Shown piece by piece: positions 8,546-18,025 of a stretch of DNA of 64,000 nucleotides (its first letter is position 1; every line of letters starts with the position of its first letter). Both the position numbers and the translations under genes were made by a program. The stretch is from an uncultured Gammaproteobacteria bacterium (GTDB lineage Bacteria > Patescibacteriota > Patescibacteriia > VMEV01 > CAYQCH01), in assembly GCA_964503955.1 (NCBI GenBank), contig CAZDCG010000002.1, forward strand, positions 13,047 through 77,046. The letters are read 5' to 3'. A model generated the notes under the pieces. That model saw only the letters and a list, made by a program, of their open reading frames with translations. It was not told where the DNA came from and searched no databases.

Positions 8546-10309
8546 ATGGCCAATGAAATCGAGGAAATCAAACAACGTCTTGATCTGGTGGATATCATTC
8601 AGGAATATATTCCGTTGAAGAAAGCGGGGACAAACTATAAAGCGAATTGCCCCTTCCATCAGGAAAAGTCGCCTTCGTTCATGGTCAGCCAGACCAAACA
8701 GATCTGGCACTGTTTTGGCTGCCATGAAGGAGGAGATCTCTTCACCTTTGTACAGAAAATGGAGGGAATGGACTTTTACGAGTCCCTCAAGCTTCTGGCA
8801 AACCGGGCCGGCGTGCAGCTCAAGCAGCAGTCATCACAGGAAAAAGGGAAGAAGCAGCGTTTGTCTGAAGCGCTTGAAGCGGCTGCCCAGTTTTTTCATA
8901 AGCTGCTGATGGAACATCCTGCCGGTGCGGCTGCCAAAGCATATGCCAAACAGCGCGGCTTGTCAGATGAAACCATCAAGCAATTCCAGCTTGGCTATGC
9001 TCCCGAATCGTGGGATACATTGCTGAAAGTTTTGCTTAAACGAGGATTCAGCCAGCAGGAGCTGATTGATGCCGGGCTTGTCATCTACAATCAGGAACGC
9101 AAAAGCACCTATGACCGTTTCCGCAATCGCTTCATGATCCCGCTTCGCGATCCTCATGGAAGCATCGTGGGATTTACCGCGCGCGCCTTGGAGGAACAAT
9201 TTGAAGGAGGGAAGTATATCAATACGCCGCAAACATCCTTATACGACAAGAGCCGGGTGATTTTTGGTCTCTCTGAGGCGAAAAAAGCCATCAAAGATGC
9301 GGGATATGCCGTGCTTGTGGAAGGCAATATGGACGTGATCTCCTCGCATCAGGCGGGAGTGAAACAGGTGGTAGCGGTTTCTGGGACCGCGCTTACTCCC
9401 GCCCAGCTTGGACTGCTGAAACGTTATACGCAGAAAGTGATCTTTTCCTTTGACGCGGATCAGGCTGGCTTTCAGGCAAGCCTGCGCGGGATTCAAGCCG
9501 CTTTGGAGCTTGGCTTTGAGGTAGAGATTCTGCGGCTGCTGGCTGGAAAGGATCCGGATGAATGTATCAAACAGGATCCTGAGCTTTGGAAAAAGTCGAT
9601 TGAAAACGCGCAGCATGTCGTGGATCATTTAATCGCGGTGGGGGATACCTCGTCTGTGCGTGGGAAGAAGGAACTCGCTGAACGAGCCGTGGCCATTATT
9701 CGGTATATACAGAATCCCATTGTCCGCGATCATTACGCGCAGAAAGTAGCCCAGGCCGTGCAGGTGAGCGCTTCCGCCATGCGCGAGCTGCTTGATCTGC
9801 AGCCGGCAGCCGGTCAGCCCGCTCCCCAGGTTTCAGCTGAAAAAGAGGTTGAAGATCCGCAGACAAAGGCCAAAAAGGAATTGTTCTCTCTCATGCTGCA
9901 AGACAGCCAGTTGCTGTCAAAGCTCTCAGAACTTGATGAAATCATGGGAGATGGGTCACTGGCTGATCTTTACAAAGAGCTGAAAATATCCTACGATAAG
10001 TCCGTACAAATGCAGGAAACACCAGCCTTTGAACAATTGCTCGTTTCGCTTGCTCCTGATTTACAAACAGCAGCTACACGTTTACACATGTACGGGGAAG
10101 CTCGCTTCCCGGATCTCACGCCGCAGCAACGCCGCGAAGCCTACGAGGCGCGGAAAACATTTCTTTTGCGGCTGCAGATCAAATCCAAGCTTGAAGCGGT
10201 CCAAAAAGCGCTTCAGGCGGCTGAACAGGCGGCGGATCAACAACATATTCGAACGCTCAGCGAAGAATTCTCCGCGCTGTCTCAGCGTCTAATCGGCCTT
10301 GATACCTAA
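8546..10309 (+). CDS. dnaG: DNA primase DnaG
   Basis: CHC2 zinc finger (CPFHQEKSPSF...CFGC), TOPRIM region (VLVEGNMDV...FDADQAG) and a C-terminal helical domain. Confidence 0.92.
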   Translation: MANEIEEIKQRLDLVDIIQEYIPLKKAGTNYKANCPFHQEKSPSFMVSQTKQIWHCFGCHEGGDLFTFVQKMEGMDFYESLKLLANRAGVQLKQQSSQEKGKKQRLSEALEAAAQFFHKLLMEHPAGAAAKAYAKQRGLSDETIKQFQLGYAPESWDTLLKVLLKRGFSQQELIDAGLVIYNQERKSTYDRFRNRFMIPLRDPHGSIVGFTARALEEQFEGGKYINTPQTSLYDKSRVIFGLSEAKKAIKDAGYAVLVEGNMDVISSHQAGVKQVVAVSGTALTPAQLGLLKRYTQKVIFSFDADQAGFQASLRGIQAALELGFEVEILRLLAGKDPDECIKQDPELWKKSIENAQHVVDHLIAVGDTSSVRGKKELAERAVAIIRYIQNPIVRDHYAQKVAQAVQVSASAMRELLDLQPAAGQPAPQVSAEKEVEDPQTKAKKELFSLMLQDSQLLSKLSELDEIMGDGSLADLYKELKISYDKSVQMQETPAFEQLLVSLAPDLQTAATRLHMYGEARFPDLTPQQRREAYEARKTFLLRLQIKSKLEAVQKALQAAEQAADQQHIRTLSEEFSALSQRLIGLDT

Positions 10310-10390
10310 CCTTCGGTTAACCCTGACCTGACCCCGGACCGGCAGCTGCTCGTCCGGCGGACTTGAGGGTAACAAGAGGGAAGATCACCT

Positions 10391-11623
10391 ATGCCAAAAT
10401 CGTCCCGTTCCCAAAGCAAGAAGCGTCCCGTAAAAAAATCAACCGCCAAAAAGAAGCCGGCTCAGAAAAAGACAAAGAAGGCGGCTCCGCGCAAAAAGCC
10501 AGTTTCAAAAAAGAAAAAAGCTCCGTACCAGCCGGCACTCGCTCCCGCAAAAGACGTGCTGGAACGTTTGTTCCGTACGGCTCAATCCCGCGGGTTTTTA
10601 ACGGAGCAGGAAATTTTGTACGTTTTTCCTGAAATCGAAGATTACGTTGACGAATATGAGGAATTCCTTGAATTGCTTGATGAACACGGCCTAAGCGTGA
10701 TTGAACAGCGCGGAGGTATTTTGCAATTGCCAAGCGAAAAGAAAAAGCAGGCGGAAGAATCAAAATCCAAGCTGGTTGGTATTGATCTCAGCGATATCTC
10801 GGCCGACTCCATTCAGATGTATCTGCGCGAAATCGGCAAAGTTCCTCTGCTCACCGCCGAGGAAGAAGTCGCGCTGGCTCGCCGCAAGGAACGGGGAGAC
10901 CAGGAAGCAAAACAACGTCTGATTGAAGCCAACCTGCGTCTGGTTGTTTCCATTGCTAAGAAATTCACCGGCAAATCGCTTTCGCTGCTTGATCTTATTC
11001 AAGAGGGGAATATCGGCCTGTTCCGTGCCGTGGAAAAGTTTGAATACCGCAAAGGGTTCAAGTTCTCCACATACGCGACCTGGTGGATTCGCCAGGCGAT
11101 TACGCGTGCCTTGGCAGATCAGAGCCGCACCATCCGTATTCCGGTGCATATGGTGGAAACCATCAACAAATTCCAGCAGGTGGAGCGCCGCCTCATCCAG
11201 GATCTTGGCCGCGAGCCGATGGCTGAAGAGATCGCCGCGGAAATGGGGCAGCCGATCGCCAAAGTCCGTCATATCATGAAAATCTCGCAGGACACGGTTT
11301 CACTAGAAACACCGGTTGGCGATGACGATGAAGACTCAACACTTGAGGAATTCATTGAAGATGAAAAGAATGTCATGCCTGACCGTTCAGCCGGACTTGA
11401 ATTGCTGCGAGATCATGTGCGTGAAATCATTCAGCAGCTTACCCCGCGCGAGCAGAAAATTCTTGAAATGCGCTTTGGGCTCAAAGACGGCGTAACGCAT
11501 ACGCTTGAAGAAGTAGGGCAGGAGTTTGGCGTGACGCGTGAGCGTATTCGTCAGATCGAAGCCAAAGCCCTGCAGAACGCGCAGAATATGGCCGCAATCG
11601 AAAAATTACGCGATTATTACTAG
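10391..11623 (+). CDS. rpoD: RNA polymerase sigma-70 factor RpoD with a lysine-rich N-terminal tail
   Basis: Region 2 ([50 protein letters not shown]). Region 3/4 ([15 protein letters not shown]...[24 protein letters not shown]). Sits immediately downstream of dnaG. Confidence 0.95.
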   Translation: MPKSSRSQSKKRPVKKSTAKKKPAQKKTKKAAPRKKPVSKKKKAPYQPALAPAKDVLERLFRTAQSRGFLTEQEILYVFPEIEDYVDEYEEFLELLDEHGLSVIEQRGGILQLPSEKKKQAEESKSKLVGIDLSDISADSIQMYLREIGKVPLLTAEEEVALARRKERGDQEAKQRLIEANLRLVVSIAKKFTGKSLSLLDLIQEGNIGLFRAVEKFEYRKGFKFSTYATWWIRQAITRALADQSRTIRIPVHMVETINKFQQVERRLIQDLGREPMAEEIAAEMGQPIAKVRHIMKISQDTVSLETPVGDDDEDSTLEEFIEDEKNVMPDRSAGLELLRDHVREIIQQLTPREQKILEMRFGLKDGVTHTLEEVGQEFGVTRERIRQIEAKALQNAQNMAAIEKLRDYY

Positions 11624-11661
11624 GGTGCGAATCCTCGAGTCGATGACAAGTTACAAAGAAA

Positions 11662-11690
11662 AACCGCCGGCGTTTCCGGCGGTTTTTCTG
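11662..11690. terminator. Bidirectional rho-independent terminator between rpoD (+) and the giant coiled-coil gene (-)
   Basis: ccgccgg-cgttt-ccggcgg hairpin flanked by aaaa on the 5' side and ttttt on the 3' side. Confidence 0.7.
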
Positions 11691-11700
11691 TATATAGCAC

Positions 11701-14700
11701 TTATACCAATAGGGAAGAAATTTGTTGGATTTCAGCAAGCAATTCTTTTGGTATATCAGCATTGTTGATTCTACCTTTCTTTCCAGCAGCGAGGCGTCTG
11801 ATCTGAAGCAGTAATGAACCTTTTTCTTTATCACCAAGAGATAGGGCATTAGGGATCTTGGGTGAGATGGCTTCAATCAGCGTTTTTTGAGCTCGAATCG
11901 CCCTTTTATCGATTTCTTTTGGTAATTTTTTCAATAGACTTTCCCATGCCTGATTCAACTCCAGCTGCAGCTCTTCAGGAGTTGGCTCGCGCAAGGATTC
12001 AATATATGTTTGCAGCTCCGTGAGTTTATCCCGTTTCTCAGCAGGAGTCTCTAACTGATCAAACTCATCCTGAAAGCCGTTAAGTGCTGCGTTGATATAT
12101 TCGCCATTTTCTTTTCTGGAGGCGGCGGTATTTCTTCCTTGTTCTACCAATTGCTGCCACTGCTTCTGTACGTCTTTTTCAGCATTTGCTTCAGTCTCTC
12201 TTCCGCTTTGTTCGATTTCACGTTCCCGGCTTACTAACGATTCTTTTAGTGTTTGCAGTTCAGTTGCCGAAAGTGTAGGTATCGGCTCTCGCTTTCCCTC
12301 CCCGTATCCAGGAGAAGATGGTCCTATCTCAAGTCCAAGCAATTGCCGGATGTGATAGACAGTGCCGCTGCGGCTTCTGTTAAATTGATCAAAATCTTTT
12401 TTATTAAGTCGCTCAATATCTTTTGCTATTGCCTTGAACGAATCTGATTGTTCCTTTGTTTTATCTGGCTTAGATGCGGAAGCCGGCGTTTCAATGAGGG
12501 ATTGGACTTTATTGATGAATACAACCATGTCCTGTTCAGCCTCTTGTCGTGCTTTTTTCTTTTCCTCCTCTGTAGCAGCCTTATTCAGCGCGTAAGCTAG
12601 TTCACGATTCAGAGCAGCATATCCGTGCATAATAGATCGAACCTGATCTTTTGAGAGTTTGGAGTCTGCTTCCTGCATTAGAGACCATGCCCTTAATCTG
12701 GTTTTTTCAGAAACCCCTGTCACATCGCTTGCTTTTTCCAATTTTTTTACGGTAACGGAAATAGGAGGCTTGCCTTCAGGTCGATCTCCTTTGGGAGATT
12801 CTTTTTTCGTTTTTTCTCTGATACCCCATTCATCAGCAATTTTGTCTATTTCTCGGTAGAATTCTGCGGGATCTTTCTTTTCGGATTTCAGAGCGTCATT
12901 CACCGTCTTTACGGCAGCATTAAGAAAATCGCGCTTCAATGCTTCCGTAACCGTTGGGGAGGAGAGCAGATTGTAGGCAGCTTCGTCTAATGCATGTTCC
13001 CTCCTTGAACGCTCTTTAGGGAGAATATTGTGTTGAACAAGCAATTTTGCCAGAGGGTTGATTGTCCTTCTTATTTCCTCATTCTCGGCAAGGCGCTGTT
13101 CCGTTTCTTGTAGAAGCGCTTCAATTTTTGCGATATGAGCCAGCAATTCACCCCGATTTTTGATAGCTTCGTAAGCCTTCTCGCCAGCGCTTATTCCAAT
13201 GAGCTGAATTCGATTCTTAACGGCTTCTTGATCAGGCTTTTTATCGCCATTTGAAAGAGATTTCTTCAAATCCTGATATTCTCCCCAAAGCCGTTCCTGG
13301 TCTTCCTTCCACTCTGGTGTCTCTGGTTTTGACGATGCCGGCTCATGTGCCGCATCCGGCGCTTCTCCTGAAACTTCCCCTGTGCCGGTCGATGAAGTGT
13401 CTGCTTCAGATCCGCTGGAACCTGTTTCTTTCGGCAAATCGGAAACAAGGGATTCAATGAGAGTCAGGTTGTAGTTCAAGTCGTTCAATAGCTTGGATTT
13501 CAGCATTCTGGTGCGTTCAATGAGTTTTGCATTGCTGAATTTGAGCAGATCTTTCTCAATGTTTTCTCGAATCTTTGTCACTGTTTCTGGGAGGGGATCA
13601 GGGGTATCAACTAAAATGCTATCTAATCGACTGGTGATTTCATCCTTGAGCGTCTCGGGGTTTTTGGCGTAGCGCTGAATCTCGTCTGGTAGGGATTCAG
13701 AAGCCTTGCTTCTCAGAAGTCCAATATTCAAATCGAGATCCTTTAACAATTGCCCCTGAAGCAAGCGGGAGCGTTCTTTTGAAGAAGCCTTGCTAAATTG
13801 ATCGATGATTTCTCTGGTTTTATTGAGAAGAGGTTTGATATCCTCTGGCAAATCCGCATCATCCATAGATTCGCCAAAACGGGCCTTGAGAATGCCTGAA
13901 AGTTTCTTTGAATATTCTTGCTGGAGAAGCACAGGTTCCTGCTCATATTTCCTATACACCTTGTAATGCTCAAGCGCGGATCGAATTTCAGCGAATTTTT
14001 CCTCGAGCAAAGAAAGATAGGTTGTTTTAAGAAGATTTTCATAAGACCCTTCTTTTGGCTTTTGAGCGTATTCAAGCCCCGCGTCCAATTGGGCGATCAG
14101 CTGCTGGATATGTTCTGGGAGATTCTTTTGCTCTGTATCAGTTCCAAGAACTTCGCGAATGGACTTCTGAAGAAATTCCTGAGCAACTTGTTTGAGTTGG
14201 TCTGGATTCTTTGTTGACTCCGCGCTATGTTCAAATCTGCCTGCGGTGCCTAGTTGGTCCATCAATTCTTCGATCTTGTCGAAAGCTTTGTACCGCTTCA
14301 CAACCGTGTCAGAAAGCACAAATTCTTTCATGTACCGGTTCACTTGTGCCACCAGTTCTTTCAAACGAGGCGGCTGGTTGTTAAGGTCATTGCCAAGCGC
14401 CTTATTCATTCTTTCGCTGATATGTTTCCTGTACAGGTCGGGATCTTCGAGGTAATCGATTCCGGCTTCATGCTCAATTTTGTCATCGCTTGTTGAAGAG
14501 ATGTGACCCTCATAAAGAGCGGCAATCTTTTTTCTCACGCCGCTTCTTCGCAATACATCCGTTACAGGCAAACCAGCAAGTTCTTGATAGAGTTCCATTA
14601 CCCGGTCAAGATCATAGCGGGCTCGTTCAAGATTATTTTCGTTCCCTTTGCTCGCCGCGTTTTCAACAATAGCTATCAATTCGGAGAAATGTTTCTTGTC

Positions 14701-15939
14701 GCGGGCTTCAGGTAATTGATCTTTAAGCTGGTACGCCTTTGCAAGAGCATTCACCGCCAAAGTCCACGATGATTCCTTGTACTGAGCCTGGCTAAGCTGC
14801 AAATGCCTCCTTCTTGTGTCCACAGCGGACAGAGCCTGCTTCAGCCCTTCGATCATCTTTTTGTAGGATGCCTTTTCATTGAAAGAAGACGAAGCCGCTA
14901 ATCCCTGCTCTTGTGCCGACTTCTCGTCTTGCTCAAGCAAAGCCAGCCGATTCTGATAATCGCTGAGCTTATCCTGAAGAAATGCTTCCTGCCTATCCAG
15001 AGCATTTGAAATGGTCCGCTGTTCCTGCTGGATCTGTTCTGCTTTATCCTTCACCAGCATTACTTCATCTTTCCTCAGCTCCGCAATCTTCTTGTTTGCC
15101 TGGTCAATCTCATCGTTATGCCGTTCATAGCTGGCCACGCCAGGAGCATCTTCAAGTGCGTCAGAGTTATTCTTCAAAAATCGATTTGCGTCTCTGGTTT
15201 TTCGAGTAACCTCCGCATTAACCTGGCGCAGCAGCTCGTTTGGGGCCAGATCCTGATTGCTTGAAAGATATTTTTTTAAATAAGCAGCCCGCTCTTTTTC
15301 AGGAACGACATCAAGCCCCTGAATCACTTTAAGAAAGGTATCCGCTTTTTTATCCACCCCTGCAATGACACGCTTTTGCTCTGCCGGGTTAACACTTGTG
15401 TCTATAATTTTCTCTTGCTTCTTTTGCTCGGCTTCCTGTTGCATGTACCGGTTGATCACTTGTCCGACAACAGGATAGTCTTTGAGTTTCTGCACCCATT
15501 TGGGCAGGCTGGATTTGGCAAGAATCTCCGGCTGAATCGGTTCAGCCGGAAGTTTGAGCATGCGCTCGTAGTTTTGCAGGACTTCGTTGCGGGCTTCTTC
15601 AAGCCTCGATAAAGCCCCCTTCATGGTGTCGATTGCTTTGAGCAGCGATTCAGGCGCTAGCGAAAGCTCTGAAAGCGCCTCATCGACCTCCGACTCTAGC
15701 CTTTCCATGCTCTTTTTCAATCTGTCGCGGTTGAGATCGACGAGATTGCGGACACTTTCCTGATCGGCACGAGATTTATAATCCTCTCTGAAGTATTGTG
15801 TATACCGGATAATATTGCTTGTCAGGTCGCGGATCTTGCGGCGTTGTGCTTCGATTTGAGCCGCATAGCGCTCCTCCTCCGGATTTGCCCGGCGCTCACT
15901 GGTTTCAGGTAATTCAAAAAGTTCCTTTGGAGTAGGCAT
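11701..15939 (-). CDS. Giant 1412-aa coiled-coil protein, cytoplasmic (no signal peptide or TM)
   Basis: Single uninterrupted 4.2-kb ORF. Composition is extremely E/K/L/Q/R-rich with heptad-like periodicity throughout. A Ser/Gly/Thr-rich linker lies mid-protein (GSSGSEADTSSTGTGEVSGEAPD). No Walker motifs were seen. Confidence 0.7.
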   Translation of the reverse strand: MPTPKELFELPETSERRANPEEERYAAQIEAQRRKIRDLTSNIIRYTQYFREDYKSRADQESVRNLVDLNRDRLKKSMERLESEVDEALSELSLAPESLLKAIDTMKGALSRLEEARNEVLQNYERMLKLPAEPIQPEILAKSSLPKWVQKLKDYPVVGQVINRYMQQEAEQKKQEKIIDTSVNPAEQKRVIAGVDKKADTFLKVIQGLDVVPEKERAAYLKKYLSSNQDLAPNELLRQVNAEVTRKTRDANRFLKNNSDALEDAPGVASYERHNDEIDQANKKIAELRKDEVMLVKDKAEQIQQEQRTISNALDRQEAFLQDKLSDYQNRLALLEQDEKSAQEQGLAASSSFNEKASYKKMIEGLKQALSAVDTRRRHLQLSQAQYKESSWTLAVNALAKAYQLKDQLPEARDKKHFSELIAIVENAASKGNENNLERARYDLDRVMELYQELAGLPVTDVLRRSGVRKKIAALYEGHISSTSDDKIEHEAGIDYLEDPDLYRKHISERMNKALGNDLNNQPPRLKELVAQVNRYMKEFVLSDTVVKRYKAFDKIEELMDQLGTAGRFEHSAESTKNPDQLKQVAQEFLQKSIREVLGTDTEQKNLPEHIQQLIAQLDAGLEYAQKPKEGSYENLLKTTYLSLLEEKFAEIRSALEHYKVYRKYEQEPVLLQQEYSKKLSGILKARFGESMDDADLPEDIKPLLNKTREIIDQFSKASSKERSRLLQGQLLKDLDLNIGLLRSKASESLPDEIQRYAKNPETLKDEITSRLDSILVDTPDPLPETVTKIRENIEKDLLKFSNAKLIERTRMLKSKLLNDLNYNLTLIESLVSDLPKETGSSGSEADTSSTGTGEVSGEAPDAAHEPASSKPETPEWKEDQERLWGEYQDLKKSLSNGDKKPDQEAVKNRIQLIGISAGEKAYEAIKNRGELLAHIAKIEALLQETEQRLAENEEIRRTINPLAKLLVQHNILPKERSRREHALDEAAYNLLSSPTVTEALKRDFLNAAVKTVNDALKSEKKDPAEFYREIDKIADEWGIREKTKKESPKGDRPEGKPPISVTVKKLEKASDVTGVSEKTRLRAWSLMQEADSKLSKDQVRSIMHGYAALNRELAYALNKAATEEEKKKARQEAEQDMVVFINKVQSLIETPASASKPDKTKEQSDSFKAIAKDIERLNKKDFDQFNRSRSGTVYHIRQLLGLEIGPSSPGYGEGKREPIPTLSATELQTLKESLVSREREIEQSGRETEANAEKDVQKQWQQLVEQGRNTAASRKENGEYINAALNGFQDEFDQLETPAEKRDKLTELQTYIESLREPTPEELQLELNQAWESLLKKLPKEIDKRAIRAQKTLIEAISPKIPNALSLGDKEKGSLLLQIRRLAAGKKGRINNADIPKELLAEIQQISSLLV

Positions 15940-15940
15940 A

Positions 15941-16118
15941 TTATTCTGTCATGGAATCAAGAGTCGAACGCGCCTGGGTGAGTTTGTCGGAATCCTCAAG
16001 CACGGAGCCAAGTTCATGCATAGCACGCTGCAAATCATGCAACTCGCTAAGTTGTTCTTCAAACTCGGTTACGAGTTTTGAAAGCTCATTTTTTAGGTCG
16101 TCAGTTTGGCTATCCATA
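15941..16118 (-). CDS. Small 58-aa acidic coiled-coil protein, translationally coupled upstream of the giant coiled-coil gene
   Basis: Read by eye, because it is below the ORF-track length cutoff. MDSQTDDLKNELSKLVTEFEEQLSELHDLQRAMHELGSVLEDSDKLTQARSTLDSMTE. Its stop TAA is at 15943..15941, one nucleotide before the ATG of the 1412-aa gene. Confidence 0.4.
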
Positions 16119-16175
16119 GAGAAAAATTCACAAAAATCTTTCTTCTATCATATCAGAAAGGAAACCCCTCACAAA

Positions 16176-16847
16176 ATGAATAACCGTGCAAAATATGCTA
16201 CGATGCGAAAGCTTATGAATAAGTTATTTTGGTTTGCTTCCATTCTTGCGGCCGCGGTCATGGCCTTCGCTGTTCTCGTCGGACTGCGGATCTATCGTTT
16301 CCCGCTTGTTCCGCAATACAAACACGCGGATTTTGCGATCTTCATCAATGGCCAGCGGCTTGACTACTCTACAGACCGCTACACAGACCCTGATTACTGT
16401 GAAGAAGGGATCTTCGTGGTGTCGGATGAAGAGACAAAGCCGGGAGATTATCTCCGTGAAGGAGGACAGGTTATTCATGTGCATAAGGGAACAGCCACCT
16501 ACGCAGATTTTTTCGATTCGATAGGAATTGAGTTTGACGGAGAGATATTCAAAGATGACCGAGGAAATGAATATACTCAGACCGAGACGCACGCCTTCCG
16601 TGTTTTTTTGAACAAGCAGGAAGTTAAGGCGGTTCATGAGCGGGAAATCAAGGATCTTGATCATCTTCTGATCAGTTATGGCAAGCGAGATCGAGAAGAA
16701 AGCGAACTCGCGTACGAGCTGGCCCAGCTTCCTGATTTAGCCTGCTTTTACTCGGTCGTTTGCCCTTATGAAGCTCCTTCCGTGAAAGATCTTTGCGTGC
16801 CGGATAACTATTATCGAACCATTCTTTACTACTGGTTTGGGATTTAA
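16176..16847 (+). CDS. Membrane-anchored hypothetical protein
   Basis: ATG at 16176 is preceded by aaaggaaa. N-terminal TM FWFASILAAAVMAFAVLVGL. The upstream part of track ORF 15951.. overlaps the minus-strand small gene and is rejected. Confidence 0.5.
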   Translation: MNNRAKYATMRKLMNKLFWFASILAAAVMAFAVLVGLRIYRFPLVPQYKHADFAIFINGQRLDYSTDRYTDPDYCEEGIFVVSDEETKPGDYLREGGQVIHVHKGTATYADFFDSIGIEFDGEIFKDDRGNEYTQTETHAFRVFLNKQEVKAVHEREIKDLDHLLISYGKRDREESELAYELAQLPDLACFYSVVCPYEAPSVKDLCVPDNYYRTILYYWFGI

Positions 16848-16851
16848 TGCT

Positions 16852-17646
16852 ATGCCTAAAAAGAACCACGTCACCTTGGTGAGTTGGAATGTAAATGGAA
16901 TCCGCGCTGCCGTAAAAAAGGGATTTCTTGATTGGTTAGATAAGACGCAGCCGGATATTCTTTGTTTGCAGGAAACGAAAGCGCATATCGAACAGCTCAG
17001 TGATGAAATCTTACATCCGAATGGATATGAAACCTTCTGGTCATCCGCGCAGAAAAAAGGCTATAGCGGGACGGCGGTATTTGTAAAGCACGCGCCCATG
17101 ATGTCCGTGACGAATTTTGAGCATGACTGGCTTGATGAAGAGGGGAGAGTGATTATGCTTGAGTACCCAGACTTCCTGCTGTTTAACGTCTATTTTCCAA
17201 ACGGCGGCCGCGGTCCGGAACGGCTGAAGTATAAACTCGATTTTTATAAGAAGTTTTTAGATTATACCGAAGCCTTTCGAAAAAAAGGCAAGCGCATTAT
17301 CATTTGCGGAGACGTGAACACGGCTCATCATGAAATCGACTTGGCTCGTCCGAAAGAGAACGAAAAGGTTTCAGGGTTCATGCCGATCGAGCGGGCCTGG
17401 CTGGACGAACTCGTCAAAAAAGACTATGTCGATACGTTTCGTCTCTTCAATAAAGAACCTCAGCAGTATTCCTGGTGGGATATGAAGTCGCGCGCCAGAG
17501 ACCGTAATGTTGGCTGGAGAATTGACTACTTTTGGGTAACCAAGGATCTTGCCCCTTTGATAAAAGAAGCTTTTATATGGCAGGACGTCATGGGTTCAGA
17601 TCACGCGCCGGTTGGCATTGTGATGGAGACAAAACTAAGCCATTAG
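16852..17646 (+). CDS. xth: Exodeoxyribonuclease III (Xth/AP endonuclease)
   Basis: VSWNVNGIRA, LCLQETK and C-terminal SDHAPV motifs of the EEP/ExoIII family. Confidence 0.9.
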   Translation: MPKKNHVTLVSWNVNGIRAAVKKGFLDWLDKTQPDILCLQETKAHIEQLSDEILHPNGYETFWSSAQKKGYSGTAVFVKHAPMMSVTNFEHDWLDEEGRVIMLEYPDFLLFNVYFPNGGRGPERLKYKLDFYKKFLDYTEAFRKKGKRIIICGDVNTAHHEIDLARPKENEKVSGFMPIERAWLDELVKKDYVDTFRLFNKEPQQYSWWDMKSRARDRNVGWRIDYFWVTKDLAPLIKEAFIWQDVMGSDHAPVGIVMETKLSH

Positions 17647-17720
17647 CATTCCACGCCCCTGATCTCCGTCCTTCATTTTAATCCTCATTCTCGAACTGAA
17701 GATAAGGTTCTGTCAGCCTC

Positions 17721-17850
17721 GAAGACATACACAGATGCACAGACACACAGACTGATTAGACACACAGACATTTGTTTCCGGACCCTAGATGAATACATGG
17801 GGCTCGGTGTCTGGGAGTCTGTCCACTCTGTGCGTCTGAGAGGTCTGGGG
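17721..17850. repeat. Array of CACAGAC / GTCTG units with a CTGATTAG core (intergenic repeat family, copy A)
   Basis: acacagatgcacagacacacagactgattagacacacagac, followed by gtctggg, agtctgtcc, cgtctgag and ggtctggg. Related to the 59501-59590 copy. Confidence 0.5.
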
Positions 17851-17909
17851 TAGACGATGCCTGTGTCAGCATTCGATTATCCTCAAATAAAAGGATAACT
17901 TCAAGAGAA

Positions 17910-17921
17910 GGGGGGGGGGGG
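17910..17921. repeat. G12 homopolymeric tract
   Basis: gaag-gggggggggggg-cgg read directly from the sequence. Intergenic, about 100 nt upstream of the atp operon. Confidence 0.9.
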
Positions 17922-17984
17922 CGGATAAGGGATAAAACAACACCGATTATCGATAAAATTGTCAAGTCCGACCCGCCCTTGTGA

Positions 17985-18013
17985 ATTGCAACCATTGACA
18001 AAGAAAAAAAAGC
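17985..18013 (+). promoter_or_regulatory. Sigma-70-like promoter candidate for the ATP synthase operon
   Basis: TTGACA at 17985-17990, a 17-bp A-rich spacer, then TAAATT at 18008-18013. Confidence 0.35.
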
Positions 18014-18025
18014 GCCGTAAATTGC

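Noticed and set aside
10310-10390. Possible attenuator hairpin (ccggac…gtccgg) between dnaG and rpoD
   Set aside because: The stem is short and interrupted with no T-tract. dnaG and rpoD are classically co-transcribed, so it was not called.
10760-11272. 170-aa minus-strand ORF within rpoD
   Set aside because: It is antisense to the highly conserved sigma-70 regions 2 to 4.
15951-16175. 5' part of the + strand ORF 15951..16847 (MESRVERAWVSLSESSS…)
   Set aside because: It overlaps, on the opposite strand, the 58-aa gene that is translationally coupled to the giant coiled-coil gene. It is Ser/Cys-rich low-complexity sequence. The real gene most plausibly starts at the ATG at 16176, which is preceded by an RBS.
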